Assembly (NCBI GenBank): GCA_029953675.1
Contig: JAMWBK010000008.1
Span: 1,632,001 to 1,880,000 of the forward strand
DNA from: Rhodosorus marinus CCMP1338
Lineage: Eukaryota > Plantae > Rhodophyta
Length of the DNA stretch: 248,000 nucleotides
Reading direction: 5' to 3'
Shown here: piece after piece, positions 54,781 through 67,789 of the stretch
How positions within the stretch are numbered: the first letter of the stretch is position 1
How the letters are laid out: the number at the start of each line of letters is the position of its first letter
Translations under genes and position numbers: made by a program
Notes under the pieces: model-generated
What the model was told of the DNA's origin: nothing
What the model saw: the letters and a program-made list of their open reading frames with translations, nothing else
Databases searched by the model: none

Positions 54781-55443
54781 GTGAACCTCGTTCAGAAGAG
54801 GCAGCAGGACGTCGAATGGACATGGCATAGCTTCTCTCACGGAGAGGGGGTGACGGATACTCTAAACCCTTTCCAAAAGGATCCGCCGGCAGAGAAGAAC
54901 CGAAAGCGATCAGAGGCGTGAGCGCCTGGAGAAGCGCCGTTGGTTCCTAACCGTTGTCGGCAAAATAAGAGTCGGCTCTGAGACTATATTCTGGATTCCT
55001 AGCCATAGGTTTTCATAATCTGACCGGGACGATCCTCGGGATGGGATGGTCAATTGTCCAAAGGTTTTCCGTAAACTTTTGCTGGCGTCGGGCGTTAGGA
55101 AGGGAGGTTCTGGCAGGCAGGCGCTTTAGAATGCTGGGTAGATATCTGGTTGTTGCAATCAGACATCGTTGACCAACTCGCCGAGGGGCTGACCGCTTGA
55201 TGGACTGGACTCGCTCTGGTGTGGTGGTAGTGAGCGCATGAATGGACGATTGAAGCGAGAGGATCTAGCGGCTTCGTAGAGATCCTGCGGGGTTGAGAGT
55301 TTTCAGAGACGTTTCTCCTCGGAGTACCAGGCATCGCTGGATCAGATGTGAAGAGCGGTTTTGTGGTATCGTGTTGTTCTGGTAAAATTTCTGTTCATGT
55401 ACTTTTTTACTATGTTAGGAATGGCTACAGGTTTTGTGTTCCT

Positions 55444-57771
55444 CTATGAGGATCGGCTCCCAAGCAACGCGAAGATGGGCTCGGGCGCAGTTTTGTAAAG
55501 TAAGGAGCCGAGCGGCTCTTTGAATCCGAATCGGTATAAGAGCCTTGGAATCGAGAGTAGGTACTCAGCGATGAGGGGATGCACTGACTGCGTGTATGTG
55601 GAAGCAACGACGTTGTTCACGACAATTGTTCCCTGCAGGGTGTGTGGATTGTACAGGCCAGACTTTTTCACGCGTGAGATCCGGACCACCCTCGACGAGC
55701 CGCCGTTTGCGAGCTCCATCTGATCCCCCTTGGCGACATCCTTCGCCGCTCTCAGCTCGTCACCCGTAACGAGATAGTGCGTCGGAGACAGTTCGATGAC
55801 GTGCCCGTCACTTGATTCGATGCGAATAAACTCCGAAACCACAACAGGATCCCGGTGGGAGAACGCGTAGACATCGCTGAAGGAACCATCCACAACCAGG
55901 ACTCTGTCTCCAGCCTCCAGCTCCCGCATCTCCTTGATCGTTCCGTCCGCCAGGTTCACCTTGGCATCCGCTGGGAAGCAAGCGTTCACCAGACCGGGAG
56001 CTCCTGGCTGAGGTGACTGCGGCGGCTCTGTCCCTTTAACGCACTTGTTCGAAACCTTTTGCTGGAGTTCGTCCTCTGGTTGAAGACCGTAGAGACTACA
56101 TTCAGCTTCAACCTCCCTGATGCAGTCCAGAACTGCCGAAACCAGAGTACAGCAATCGGCGGTAGGTTCATCCTCATCCATGCAGTTGAAATCTTGCTCC
56201 AGATCGCACTCATTTAACTTCAGCGCACACTTCTGGAGCTCATCGAGAGTCTGGGTGGGCGTGCTACTGGCGTCCGGATCTGTAGTCGGGGTAGGAGTTT
56301 CGATCACACTCTGAGTAGGGGTAGCGCTCTGATCAAGCGTCTGCGTAGGAGTGTTGAGTTCACTCGGAACCGCATCAGTAGGTGCCAAGCTTGAAGTAGG
56401 CAATGCGGTACCTGAGCTGGTCGGTGTTGCCGATGGAAGTTCACTGCTCGTTACTGTAGGCATTTCACTTGCTGTTGGCTCCTCGGAGCCAGTTACGGGC
56501 GGAGTAGGAGGAGCCGGTGATTCGCTAGGAGTGCCCTGCTCTGAGGGAGCCGCAGTGGGAGTCGGTACCATCGTTGTTGGCGGGCAGCTTGGCAGGACGC
56601 TCGGCGTAGAAGCTGGTGTTTCGGTGGCTTCCGCCGTGTCGGGGTCGCCAACAATCAGCTCAGCTCCGATGACCGCGACGGTGTTTCTTATGAAAGACGA
56701 GTGGGTTTCGGAGTAGATGCTCATGTAAACTTGTTCATAGGCTGGGTCACAATCTAAAAACCCACGAAAAGCGGAGCAGATACCGAGAAGGTTTTGTTAA
56801 GAAAAGTCGCTATCCAGCCCTGCTTTGCAATCCGTTCGTTCCCTCTTACCTTGAGCGCCGTAGCCATAGCTCGCGACTCCGATGAGGTAGCTATCCTCGA
56901 CACTGCCACCTCTAACCATGAGTGGACCGCCGCTATCACCGTGACAGATCGTCGCTCCGGAGTTATTAAAGTTTGGATAGGAACATATCAGATCCTCGTC
57001 GCCGTTGAAGCCATTGAGCTCGAGGAAATTGCAGTTCTCGGTGGTGACCACCACGCTCGGGGCGTAGTTCAAGGTGCCGTCCAGGTGAGGCTGGTTTGTT
57101 TCATATCTTCCGAATCCAATGGCGATGGAGTCGATTCCACTGGGCGGCTTTGAAAAGCTGATTTTCAGTGGAGGAATGTTGGGGAGCTCTTCCGCAAGCG
57201 CGAGGATCCCCACATCGTGGCCCTCGAAGGCCTGACCCTCAACGTACCCGTCTGGAATGTAGATGTCGGAAACCTCTGAACAGGTGCCCATGTTCTTGCG
57301 AAGGTTGCTCGTCCCACCGCAGGCATGCAGCTTGACGGAGCTGGGAATGCTGTAGACGCAGTGGGCGGCAGTGAGGACGACCCGTGGCGCAATCAGCGAG
57401 GCGCTGCAGAATATATACAGCGCTCCATCCTCATGCTCAGCAATGAGAGCCAAAACGTTGGGGAACTCATCATCATCACGAACCTCCTCCCCATTAAACA
57501 AAAACGTGCTCAGATCCGGCTGCTCAGAGGCCTGTCTCGACAGATTTTCCACCCGGAAGCTAGCGCCCCCGCCCGTGAACAGGCCCAAATGCCGAATGCC
57601 CAAGCCATTCAAGCTCTCAAACGACTGGACGCCAGAAAATTCCACCGGAACCCCCAGAGAAACATCAAAAAGCAGACTAAACACCGACAAAACACCGCAA
57701 AACAAGCTCAAAAACGTCATAGTATGTCCCTTCCTCCCCATACTACTCTCTCCACTCAAAGCTTTCCGCAC
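55444..57771 (-). CDS. Secreted trypsin-like protease - Pro/Thr/Ser linker - Cys-rich segment - Hint (hedgehog-type) domain fusion; one intron at 56754-56849
   Basis: LTAAHC / HDVGIL / GDSGGP triad; the intron joins Q-G|AT to DCDPAYEQVYMSIY in frame; A|CFPAD...GLYNPHT..GTIVVNNVVASTY. Confidence 0.85.
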
Positions 57772-60700
57772 ACCTGCTAAACAGCGCCCTCATCTATTCG
57801 AAGATACATACATACTTTACAACACATCTATATACATACAGGATCACTAAAAAGTCCCCACACCTACCTCGCTGACTCCCCATCCCAGCCGTCAGGACCA
57901 ACCTGCCCATCCTTAAAACCAACGGCGGAACTCAAGTCCCGCTAACCATTGCCAATCCGGCCAACATCACCAACGAGGCTGTACAGGAACAAAACTATTT
58001 AATCGTCACTAGCTTTTTAAAAATAATTCACAAACCTCTATCAATCAAAATATATCCCATTTTCGTCCATAATCCAGTTATCAATCAATAAAATATCGTA
58101 TTAAATATTATAACTAAACTCATATCTAGATGACTCTTATCAAGTAGTATTCTGACTCAAACAAATCCTCAATTCAGAACAGACATCGTGCCACTAAGCG
58201 AAATTTACTGGACCCCCTTGTTGTATTACCATAAAATATATTTCATAAACTAAAGTTTCATTATTATGGATAGATTCGACAGAAGGTGAATCAGGATAGG
58301 GGGGTGAGTATTGCGATGGATATATCGTAATCGGCAGTAATCTGTATTGATTTTCAGGATTTGTAATTTTGCTGACACTCATTCATGACAAAAAAGTGTG
58401 TATTTTATTTTGAATTTTCAGGTTGGTTTGCTAGGGTTGGATTTTGGGATTGTTCGGTAGGTTTGGGTTTAGGATGATGCGCAGGTGGTGTTTGTGGTTT
58501 TACTATTGTTTCGGCGGGTAGGGTAGGTGAGTTGAGAGAGTGTGGCGGTTTAGGGACTTGGGTGTGAGTCTTGATGGACTTGAAGATGGATTTTGAACAG
58601 GTCATGTGGACATTAGTGTGTATATATCGTATACGTTGAAGTAGCAGTTTAGTATAGAGGAGTTTACACTTGGAGTACAACCTCCTGAGGTTTTTGTTTG
58701 TAGTTGTTGTGTATGTTTTTGGAGAGGGGAAAGGAATGTGGGCTAACCCGGCTGACCAACGCACCGAGATTGGCAATGGTGAAACGTGTGTGTGAGCAGT
58801 CTGTTATTGGAGGGAAGGGATGTTGTGCTGGAATGCCGGCCCTGGATTGAACGTGGTTTTGGGGTGTGTTGGGGAGGGGGCAGGGGGAGGGAGAGACACG
58901 GAGTGTTTTTGCGTTTTTTTCTTCTTTGGCAGTGGTTCTGGTTTGGTCCTGGTTTGGCTATGACTAGCTCCCCGGGGGGAGCAACAAGCAGGCTAAGCGG
59001 GAAGTTTTTCAGTTTGGGATTGCCTGCATCGGATGCGCGCGGTTAGCAGAATCGAGCTGTATCCTGTTGGAGTGTGGGGCGGGCTGATTGGGAGAGTGGA
59101 ATTGCGTATGATGCAAAGGCGCGAGCAAAAGTCTGAACATGAGAATCTGGGGTTTCAAGCTATCATTTTGACCTGACTTCTCTTGGGTCGCGTGGGGAAG
59201 CAGGGAGGTTGGATGGGAAGGACAGGATTGGGATTTGGTATTTGTTTACTTCGTTTCACTGCAGAGCACGCAGCGCGGACGGGTGATCTGTGAATAGAAT
59301 TGTCCCAGGGGAAAACCAGGGGAAGAATGACTTGGTACAAGGTGTATTGGATGGAGAGGGTTAGTTCTCGATGACATGTGGGAAGCTGTTATCCTGATAG
59401 ACTCCTCTCATGGCTGAGCACTGGTCAGGAAGATAAGCCCAAGCTTCCATTTTTGGGTGTTCGAAGAAATACGAAGCTGGAAAACCATAGTTCCCTCTAT
59501 TATCGAACATATTCGCCTTGCGTTTTGATCCTTTTTCAAACAAGATAGCGCATGCAGGCCAAAAAAAATGGCATTCCCGGTATTTAAGCTTTTTGGGTGT
59601 CATCCGAAGCAAGCCATTCGAGGAGCATGTTTACATAGCGACTACCAGATACAGGGGAGCCTGTGCGGGAAGGTGAAACAAGACAACACAAACTGTAACA
59701 ATCCATATCCGGGAATTTCACAACGTGTCCGGGAGAGTAAACTCTCCAACCCCGGGTTTTCCACACACTTTCTTGCAGAATTCGGATAGCAAAGTAACCT
59801 TCGACAATTACATCTGTGAAAATTTTGACGAAGCAACTGGAATTCGCTCTTCCCTTGATTGAAAAGTTCCCATCCGTGGCAAATTTTCGCCTCCGTTAAC
59901 GGCTCAACGCTTGGTCCGTTCCCTCCCGACATTCCCACATCCAAAAAGTTCTATTTTTATGAAATCGATCGTAGGTTAGATACGATTAGATTATGGTCGA
60001 ACCATCGGATACCGGAAAACGGAAAAAACGATATCAATTTCAAGGTTTTTTTGCGGTAGTTAACGGAAGTTAACGATAATTAACGGTAATATAGGTAATT
60101 GTCAGTAAATTATGCGATTTGGGCCAGTCTACCCTGAAGGCGTACTCATTTTGTGCGGGTGGTTAACCTGTGAATCGATATTCATTGATTCTTCTGCAGC
60201 TCCGGACCTTGTACCTTCATTTCCGTGCCACAGCAAGAAATTTAAAACGGGTAAACAACGAGGACAGACGGTCAGGGTGCTCGCAGGACAATTCCCGAAG
60301 CCAACGAGAACCAACGGAATCCATAAACCTAACTCCTCTAGTCGTTTGCCTTTTGGGTTTTCTAGTCTGTAAGTGTCGAAGATCATTTCCTCGGTCATCT
60401 TGAAAAAGAAGTCCAAACCCGGAACTGAGCTCATCGATCCGACAGGATTTGGACCAGAGCTCCATATGTCGCGATGTTCTCTTTTATTGATTCAGATAAT
60501 GCCCTCCCCCTACTACTGGCACTCTAATCTCCCCTCCAGCCAAGGCTGTGAGAATCGTACTGACGGTTGTGGTTGCCAGTTTCTGAGCCCACCGTGCGAA
60601 ATGCCCCAACCGAGAATTTCTGCGTGAGCGCAGAGGGATATCCTCCGGTATTTGCAGTTATACTTTGTTCAAGTCGACTCCTTTGACACCTGGTTTCGTC

Positions 60701-60890
60701 TCAGTGACGCGTCCGAGGCTGAAACTTGCGCCCAACAACATGTTCCTACGCATCCTGGTGTTGTAATCAATAGTGAACAGTTCGACCCAAAAAATGAAGT
60801 CCGTCTTCGCGCTTCAGGCTGCGTTGCGAAAAAAACCGCCACCCAGTGGTGGTGGCATAGTTCCCCGGGGCTTAAGGGTTTATTAGACAA

Positions 60891-63242
60891 TCAAATGACT
60901 CTAAGAGCTTTGACTCTGGCCGCCTCGAAGTCGTTGTTGGTCAGTTTGAGGCCTCCGACGGGACTCGTCATGCTATCATAGAAGGTAATCGCATACTGGT
61001 AGCTCGACGATGGCTGGAGAACTGCTCCGGAAATCTTTACAGCCCTTGAGTTTGCCAGAGTAATTGCCGAAGGGGAGCCGCTCATCCCCGAGAACCCCAA
61101 CACCCGCAAAGATAGATAATTACAACCTTCGAACTGCAGCTGGCCAGAGTAGGAGCGTAGTGAGTTTTTGACTGTTACGCCGTATACCACTGGGGCATTG
61201 ATATTCTTCATTGTTACAGCCCTGAAACTGTACCGGACCAGCATCTTGTTCAATGAAATCTCTGTGGTCGAGGGAGATTTGCTGTCAACGGAAATACCCG
61301 TATTCACTCTGCGAACCTCTACATTAGTCAGGATCACACGATTGGGTCTCATCAGTTCTCCATCGTGCGTGGTAATAACCCCATAGACACTACCTTCGGC
61401 GTAAATATCGTCCCCGAAAACACCGCCGACGCCGTTCTCGATCCTCAGCGCATGCTGCTGACTCATATCCCCGGCCCAAGCCCTTACTCTCTCCACAACG
61501 ACGTTATCCACCACTTTCCCATTCTCCACATTGCTTGAAAGCGTGATCAGACCATCTCGGTTGCTCTTGCCCGTGATTGTCCGGAGGGTCACACCATCGA
61601 TCTTATCGGTCGTTGGGAAAACCATCAACCCCACTCCGGAGGAGTACTCAAAATCACAGTGCTTAACGGCAGTTCGTCCGCTCCGGATCTGAAGCAGTGG
61701 CAATCGTGACCCATCGCTGACGAGGTTCCGAAGTCCCACAAACCTGCAGTCCTCGATGGTGACGTCTTCGGCGTAGACGACTACTGGAGTATCGTGCTTG
61801 TTCAGCTGCTGGACGTTGATTCCAGACAACGTCAACGGTTTCCTGATAACCACCGTGCTTACGTCAAAGACACAATTCGGGCCGGGTCCTACGAGCTTGA
61901 CATAGGGATCTGCTGCCAAAATCTGTTCTTCCAAGCCCACACTGCACAGTAACGTCACTATCGGTGCGGAACCCTTGATGGGTGCATCCGTAGGCTCGGG
62001 AACCGGCGTGGCGCTAGGAGAGGGTAGCGGCGAGTCTGTTGGCTCTGGTGTGGGTATTGGCGTTGGTGCCGGGGTTGGTGTGGGAGAAATCAACAACACA
62101 GACGCTATAGTAGCCTTGGAGAGCGTCGACTCTGACACATGCAGCTCACTTGCAGTCAGACCGTAGCCAATCTTGAATGAGATGCCGTATGCGTAGCTTG
62201 TTCTGTCGCCGAGGACGACGGATCTCAACTTGACGTTCTTCGACTCATCGACTTCCACAGCCGCTCTCTTTGATTGTCCCTCCGCAATGTACAAATCCTT
62301 CCCTCTCAGCCCATCACAGTTCAGGAAGGTCGCGGCTGCTCTATTCCCCCCCGGCACCGGTGCAGACACACGTACGTCCTCAACCCGAAGACGTCGTACA
62401 TTCCTCATAAGCAAGGGCTGTCGCGAGCCCGTGGAGCTAATCCTCGAGATTCTGACAGTGTCGTGGGGAATTTCGGGCTGGGTCTGGAAGATGATTCCAT
62501 ATTTGTTGTCCTTGACGCGTACATTGGATATTGTGATGTTTCTGTTCGCCTGCAGCTCTTTGTGGTGATCCTGAATGGCCAACCCATAGTAACAGCCCTC
62601 GGCGTAAACATTGCGAACTACACAGCCCGAGACACCGTCGCTTACTTCAACAGCACCTTTCAGAGTGGGACCGTAGGCCCTGACGTTCTCGACAACAATG
62701 TTTTTGGTCGTTCGTCTGTTTCCTTTTGCTGTAGTAAGGGAGACAGTTTCTCGACTGTTGTGCATCCCTACAATGTCACGCACGAAGCCGCCGTCTATGT
62801 CAGGGCCATCGTCATGTGGTGGGACGATGGTGATCCCGTCCCGCGCAGAATTTATCAACTGCCCTCGTTCGATATGGAAGTCGCTGGCACGCACAACCAG
62901 CAAGGACTCTCTCAGTTTGTCAAGCACCGTCCCATGGTTACCAATAAGAACGAAATCATAAATGCTGAACCCCTCGGCCACCACATTAAACACTGTCATC
63001 GCGAGTCCGTCCTTTAACTGAGCATGAACTCCCCGGATTGTTATGCCGGGTCTGCTTATTAGAATAGACGATTCAATGAACCACAGACACCCTCCCGCTG
63101 GAGCGAGTAGCTCCGAACCCGCCGGAGCATCCTTAACCTGCTCCTTTAAGGGTATTCTACAGTCTAATACAATCGGGTCGGCACACCGGCTGACCCCCAA
63201 AAGTAGTGCAAAGGCCACTAGAAAACATCTCAACGTCTTCAT
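60891..63242 (-). CDS. Secreted tandem right-handed parallel beta-helix (pectin-lyase-like) protein with a PT linker
   Basis: Signal peptide; two related halves, each starting PIV.L.C...L.EQ; beta-helix periodicity (NIVVENV, NITISNV). Confidence 0.75.
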   Translation of the reverse strand: MKTLRCFLVAFALLLGVSRCADPIVLDCRIPLKEQVKDAPAGSELLAPAGGCLWFIESSILISRPGITIRGVHAQLKDGLAMTVFNVVAEGFSIYDFVLIGNHGTVLDKLRESLLVVRASDFHIERGQLINSARDGITIVPPHDDGPDIDGGFVRDIVGMHNSRETVSLTTAKGNRRTTKNIVVENVRAYGPTLKGAVEVSDGVSGCVVRNVYAEGCYYGLAIQDHHKELQANRNITISNVRVKDNKYGIIFQTQPEIPHDTVRISRISSTGSRQPLLMRNVRRLRVEDVRVSAPVPGGNRAAATFLNCDGLRGKDLYIAEGQSKRAAVEVDESKNVKLRSVVLGDRTSYAYGISFKIGYGLTASELHVSESTLSKATIASVLLISPTPTPAPTPIPTPEPTDSPLPSPSATPVPEPTDAPIKGSAPIVTLLCSVGLEEQILAADPYVKLVGPGPNCVFDVSTVVIRKPLTLSGINVQQLNKHDTPVVVYAEDVTIEDCRFVGLRNLVSDGSRLPLLQIRSGRTAVKHCDFEYSSGVGLMVFPTTDKIDGVTLRTITGKSNRDGLITLSSNVENGKVVDNVVVERVRAWAGDMSQQHALRIENGVGGVFGDDIYAEGSVYGVITTHDGELMRPNRVILTNVEVRRVNTGISVDSKSPSTTEISLNKMLVRYSFRAVTMKNINAPVVYGVTVKNSLRSYSGQLQFEGCNYLSLRVLGFSGMSGSPSAITLANSRAVKISGAVLQPSSSYQYAITFYDSMTSPVGGLKLTNNDFEAARVKALRVI

Positions 63243-63739
63243 CTTCAGCAGCTGGAAAATGTTGTCTTCCTGAAAGTCGTTATCTATTGCACCGCCTCAA
63301 CCACTCCTACCCTCACGTCTCACAGAACCATTCACAAGGTACACGGATCGTTCTCCTCGTCCGAGAGATTGGCAGGGAGAAGCGGAGCCATTCTACGACA
63401 CTATGTATCCTGTCACTTCCACCCATAAGCCGCACCCTGCTCTACCACCTGCCCTCAAAAAAAAAGACCTGCCGGCTCAAAACCGTACACCATCCGGGAC
63501 GGCCATAATCCCAATAGATGATAAACAACAAAAAAAAAGACACTTTCGCATCCAGCACAGAGTACACAGCGCTTGGGTAGATCCAAAATATGGAGGGCAA
63601 AAATAGGAAGACCTTCAAGAGGATCGGAGGCTAGACTGAATAGACAGACAGACTCTAAAACTGTTGTCCTACTCAAATTAGTCCCAATTCGTTGGCGAGA
63701 AGAACCTGCTCCGTTCCCCAGTTGACCAGTCGAACGAAT

Positions 63740-66700
63740 GGTTTAATCGGAGGCTGAAAAAAAAAACCCCGAGGGGAAAAAAAGACTAAGCGCGGCGAAG
63801 TACTCGCGCCTCCAACATCAGAGCGGCATTCATGCGCCACAGCAGGAAACTTAAGCGGGTAAACAACGATTGAAGACGGTCAGGGCGTTCGCGGCCTTGC
63901 AGTATTCAAGGGCACCCAATGAGGGGCCATTTACTAAAAACTCAATAATTATAAATATTTAGACAACTCTTTTCATATGCGTAGCAACCTGACTAACGAC
64001 CGTAGATGATTGCACAATGAGCTCCCCAAGAAAAGGAATTAGCGAATACAATAAAAATTCAGACGGTGTGGCTGTCGGTGTGGCCAATTTCCTCCCGAGC
64101 GCTTTTCTCACAGGTTCCAGCCTTTGTGGAGAGCTTTGGGCATCTGACAAAAGCCCCGTTTGGAGAGGCTGCGGAAATGTTTACTAACCATTCTCCTGAA
64201 TATTTGGGACTCTTCCGCCGTTTAAAAAGGGTACGGCTCTGTATATAATCTATCAGGATCCTCGCCGAACCGCCGCCACCACCGCCCCTAGCACGATTTT
64301 GTTCTCCCTAGTTCCTAGTTACCTGGCCGGGCTGATCGCTCCTCACGTAAGAACATCTGCTTGGATGAGAGTGAGCATAGCACGTCACTTTGTCTTTGCA
64401 GACAACTGTGGCAGTCTCGCTTGACTCCTACGAAGTCACCTCTGTGTGACTGTCGACGGCTTAATTTCTGACCATGGGGAGATTCGCGTTCGCGCGACCT
64501 CCCCTAACTCCCTCATCCTACTGAATATTTGGCGCTCTTGAGGCGTTTAAGTGTCTCCCTTTGGCGATATTCCAGCGACATGCTTTCCGAGGCGCGCCAT
64601 CGGCGCCTGGGGTTGCATACTTCCCTCCCTAGTTATTAGTTCATCTTCACGCCTTGCGTAGCGCTTCAGGCTATGCTAGTAAAGTCCAGTTCCTAGTTCC
64701 TTCTCACGCCCTGTGCGTAGCACCGCGGGCTAAGCTTGTAAAACCATCATCTCAATCCTCCTTTCCCCAGTTCACCAATCCGAACACAAGCCCCTCTGTG
64801 CACAACTTGCACCAGCTAAGCACTATTCAATCTTTCATTCGCGGCGCAAACCGCTGCCTTGATGGTGGAGGTGCGCGATGTTCTCCCCCCTGGTCATTGT
64901 TTTCCGTTCCGCTGGGGTTTTTTTTCTTTTCAGCTCCGATTAAACAAGAATTCATTCAGCGATCGTTCTAAAAGAAAACCGTCTACTGCTTATAAAATTC
65001 AGGACGCCATAAAAATCGTATAAATAAGTTTACGATTTCAGTATTCAAAACACCCAATTATAGGCCAGATACTGAAACTCAATAATCAGAAAGATTTAGG
65101 CAGCTCCGATCAGATAGATGCTATCCAACTTTCGGATCAGATGATTGCACAATGAATTCTCCAAGAATAGGAGTTATGGAATATAATAACAGAATTTATG
65201 ATCCCCTTAGCGAACCCCATGAAGGGACAGGAATCGACCTGGAAATTTGAGGTTTGAAAAACTAAATATTTTAAACCGGGAAACGGGTAGATTTAGGGTT
65301 TACGAGTTTCGATCGCCCGCATGAAAATAATTGTTTTTAAATAGTTTTTGGATTGTGAACAGAGTTTGGATGAAAAAAAACAAAAACCGCCCGTTTACTG
65401 TTAGCCATATTTGATTGGATGATTGTTCCAATGGAAGTGTTTTTAAATAGTTTTTTCGACGGCTGTGAACACAGTTCTGATATGAAACGCCTTTTTTAGA
65501 GTTTAGCCAGATGAGATCGGATGATTGGTTAAACTGCAAGTGTTTTTAGATTATTTTAATGATGGTTTTCGTCTGTTTGGAATCGCGCGAAGTTGATGAT
65601 ATGGATAGTGGATGTGTCCTTGTGGGCGAGGAGGAGCCGCCTCGGTTTTAGGTCCTGGTTTCAGATGGCACAATCTCACACGAGTCAATGCAGGATCGTT
65701 CTAGATGTTTTCAGAAAACTTCCCACCTCCTTTCGCGGGGTGGTCCTGTAGAACTCAAGCTGGTTAAAAACCCTAGAAACGAGTGTTTCCAAAGTGGGTT
65801 TACGCCCTTTCTTTTTAACTGAGTTTCCACGGCGAAATATCAACCTCCCATGTAGCCTGCCTTTGTCAGCAGAAAAATAGGCTATCTGAACTTAACTAAA
65901 GCCTCGGGGTGGCCTGTGGTTCACCTCGGGGGTTTTTCTTTCAGTCTCCGATTGCAAAAATTCACATTCGACGGCTAACAACCGCGAGAAGGGAGAACTA
66001 CACTCGACGCCAAGGAACGAGCCTCGAGGATAAGGGCCGCTAATCTCCGCCACAGGGCTAGACAAAGCAGAGATTGGAAACGCGTCAAGCGATCAAGTTG
66101 TTCCCCAAAGTAACTCACGCAACCAGATAACTTCTGCAACCGTCCATGACCACCAAAACAGCTCAACAGGATGAGGGACAAAGCGATGCACGAGGGCCGA
66201 TTGAAGTCCTCATTGATTCTGTTGGCGCACGGTTGTAGCCGGACAGAACGACACCATTAGGGCCTGGCTGACAACGGAGTAAGCCAGGGAGATGTCAAGC
66301 GAGGCGAGGCCAAGGGGTAACTGTAGCCAACTGCGACACCAAAAATAGAACATAGATGCTACCAAAAATAGCACTGTGTTTAGATGAGAGATATGTAGAG
66401 GCCTTGTCTGAGGGTATGAATAGGCTAGGACGGAGTAGAATATGATAGGGCTTAGAAAAGAGAAGTCAGGGGGAAAATATTCTTTGGACTTGTCAAGCAA
66501 CTCTTCGTGAGGGGGTTACTGAGACGCAAAAAAGTTCCAATAACTCCACTGCGGGTCAACAGTATATGATCTATGCACCGAATGTACTATCCAAGCTACG
66601 CGATATAATCTGACCATCCAACTAGGCTAAGGACGTAAGTCAACACACCGGCGGCGAACAAACCCGATCGTCTTTCGAACAAGCAGTAAATTAAACGTTT

Positions 66701-66920
66701 CCTCAGGCATTCGCCCTTCGGCTCTAGCTCATGGCCTGGTACCTCTGGTCATTGAGTGAAAAAAAAAACGCCCTGTGACCGTCTATCCTCGTTGCTTACC
66801 AGTCTAAGTTTCTTGCTGTGGCGTGTGAACGCTGCTTTGATGTTGGAGGCACACGATCTTCGCCGAGCTTTTTTCCCTCAGAGTTATTTTTTTCAGTCTC
66901 CGATTAAACAAAATCATTCA
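63740..66920. mobile_element. Cluster of short CRE-like 3' fragments (families A, B and a further variant)
   Basis: Family-specific 3' ends at ~63740, 64670, 64930, 65940 and 66900. Confidence 0.65.
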
Positions 66921-67789
66921 AATTAAAGGTCATATCCTCTCCATGAGGGCAGACATGTTTAGGCACTGAACAGGCAATATTGATGTATATCTAGATATAT
67001 ACAATTCTTAATTGTCAAAAAACGAGTTGTAGCCGTTAACGTAGAGGCAATATATTCCCAGAAAAACGACGAAGTTCTAGTTTCAAGTCTCATAGATTCC
67101 ACATCTATGACCAGCTCTGTTGTCAATACTAGACAGCGCTTCGAAATATTTCCAATAAAAGAAGTTTGATGCCATTGGATTCTAAATTTTTCTATTTAAG
67201 AATTGTTCATTCCTCCGTCGCCATTTCGATATAAAAGAAATAGAAATAACCTATCGCCACGCAGCGGTGAGACCATGTTCACGCACCACTGCTCCTGGCC
67301 GGCAGCTGTCCAACGAGCGCCGGTGCTAATATTAGCAAAGTGGTATACTATTCTTGTTCACAAAATTGGACTTCCCCCAATCTATCCCCGAAAACGGTAA
67401 CCCCTCTTTTGTTGATCCCTAACAAGACTGAACGATTGTACAAGTCCTGCCGTTGGCAAGGGCGACATTTATGTGACATATGGGGGATGGTGTCAGCGGC
67501 GAACTGGTCGTCCGCTCCAAGACAGGTCATCGCTGAGACTTTTCCTTTACTTATTACTAGTCCGTTGGGACCTTCGCTATGGAGTCGGAACCCTTTAGCT
67601 GAAAAAGTCCTAACTGAAAGTAGATTGTAAGCTAGTCCAGGAATATAGTAGATGTCTTTCAGCATTATTTTCCCGCCAAGCTCAGGCGCGGAATTAATAC
67701 TGAACGGCGTCTACTGTATTCCTGGACTAGCTTGTAATCTACTTTCAGTTAGGATTTTCTTAGCCAAAGGGTTTTGACTCCATAGCGTA

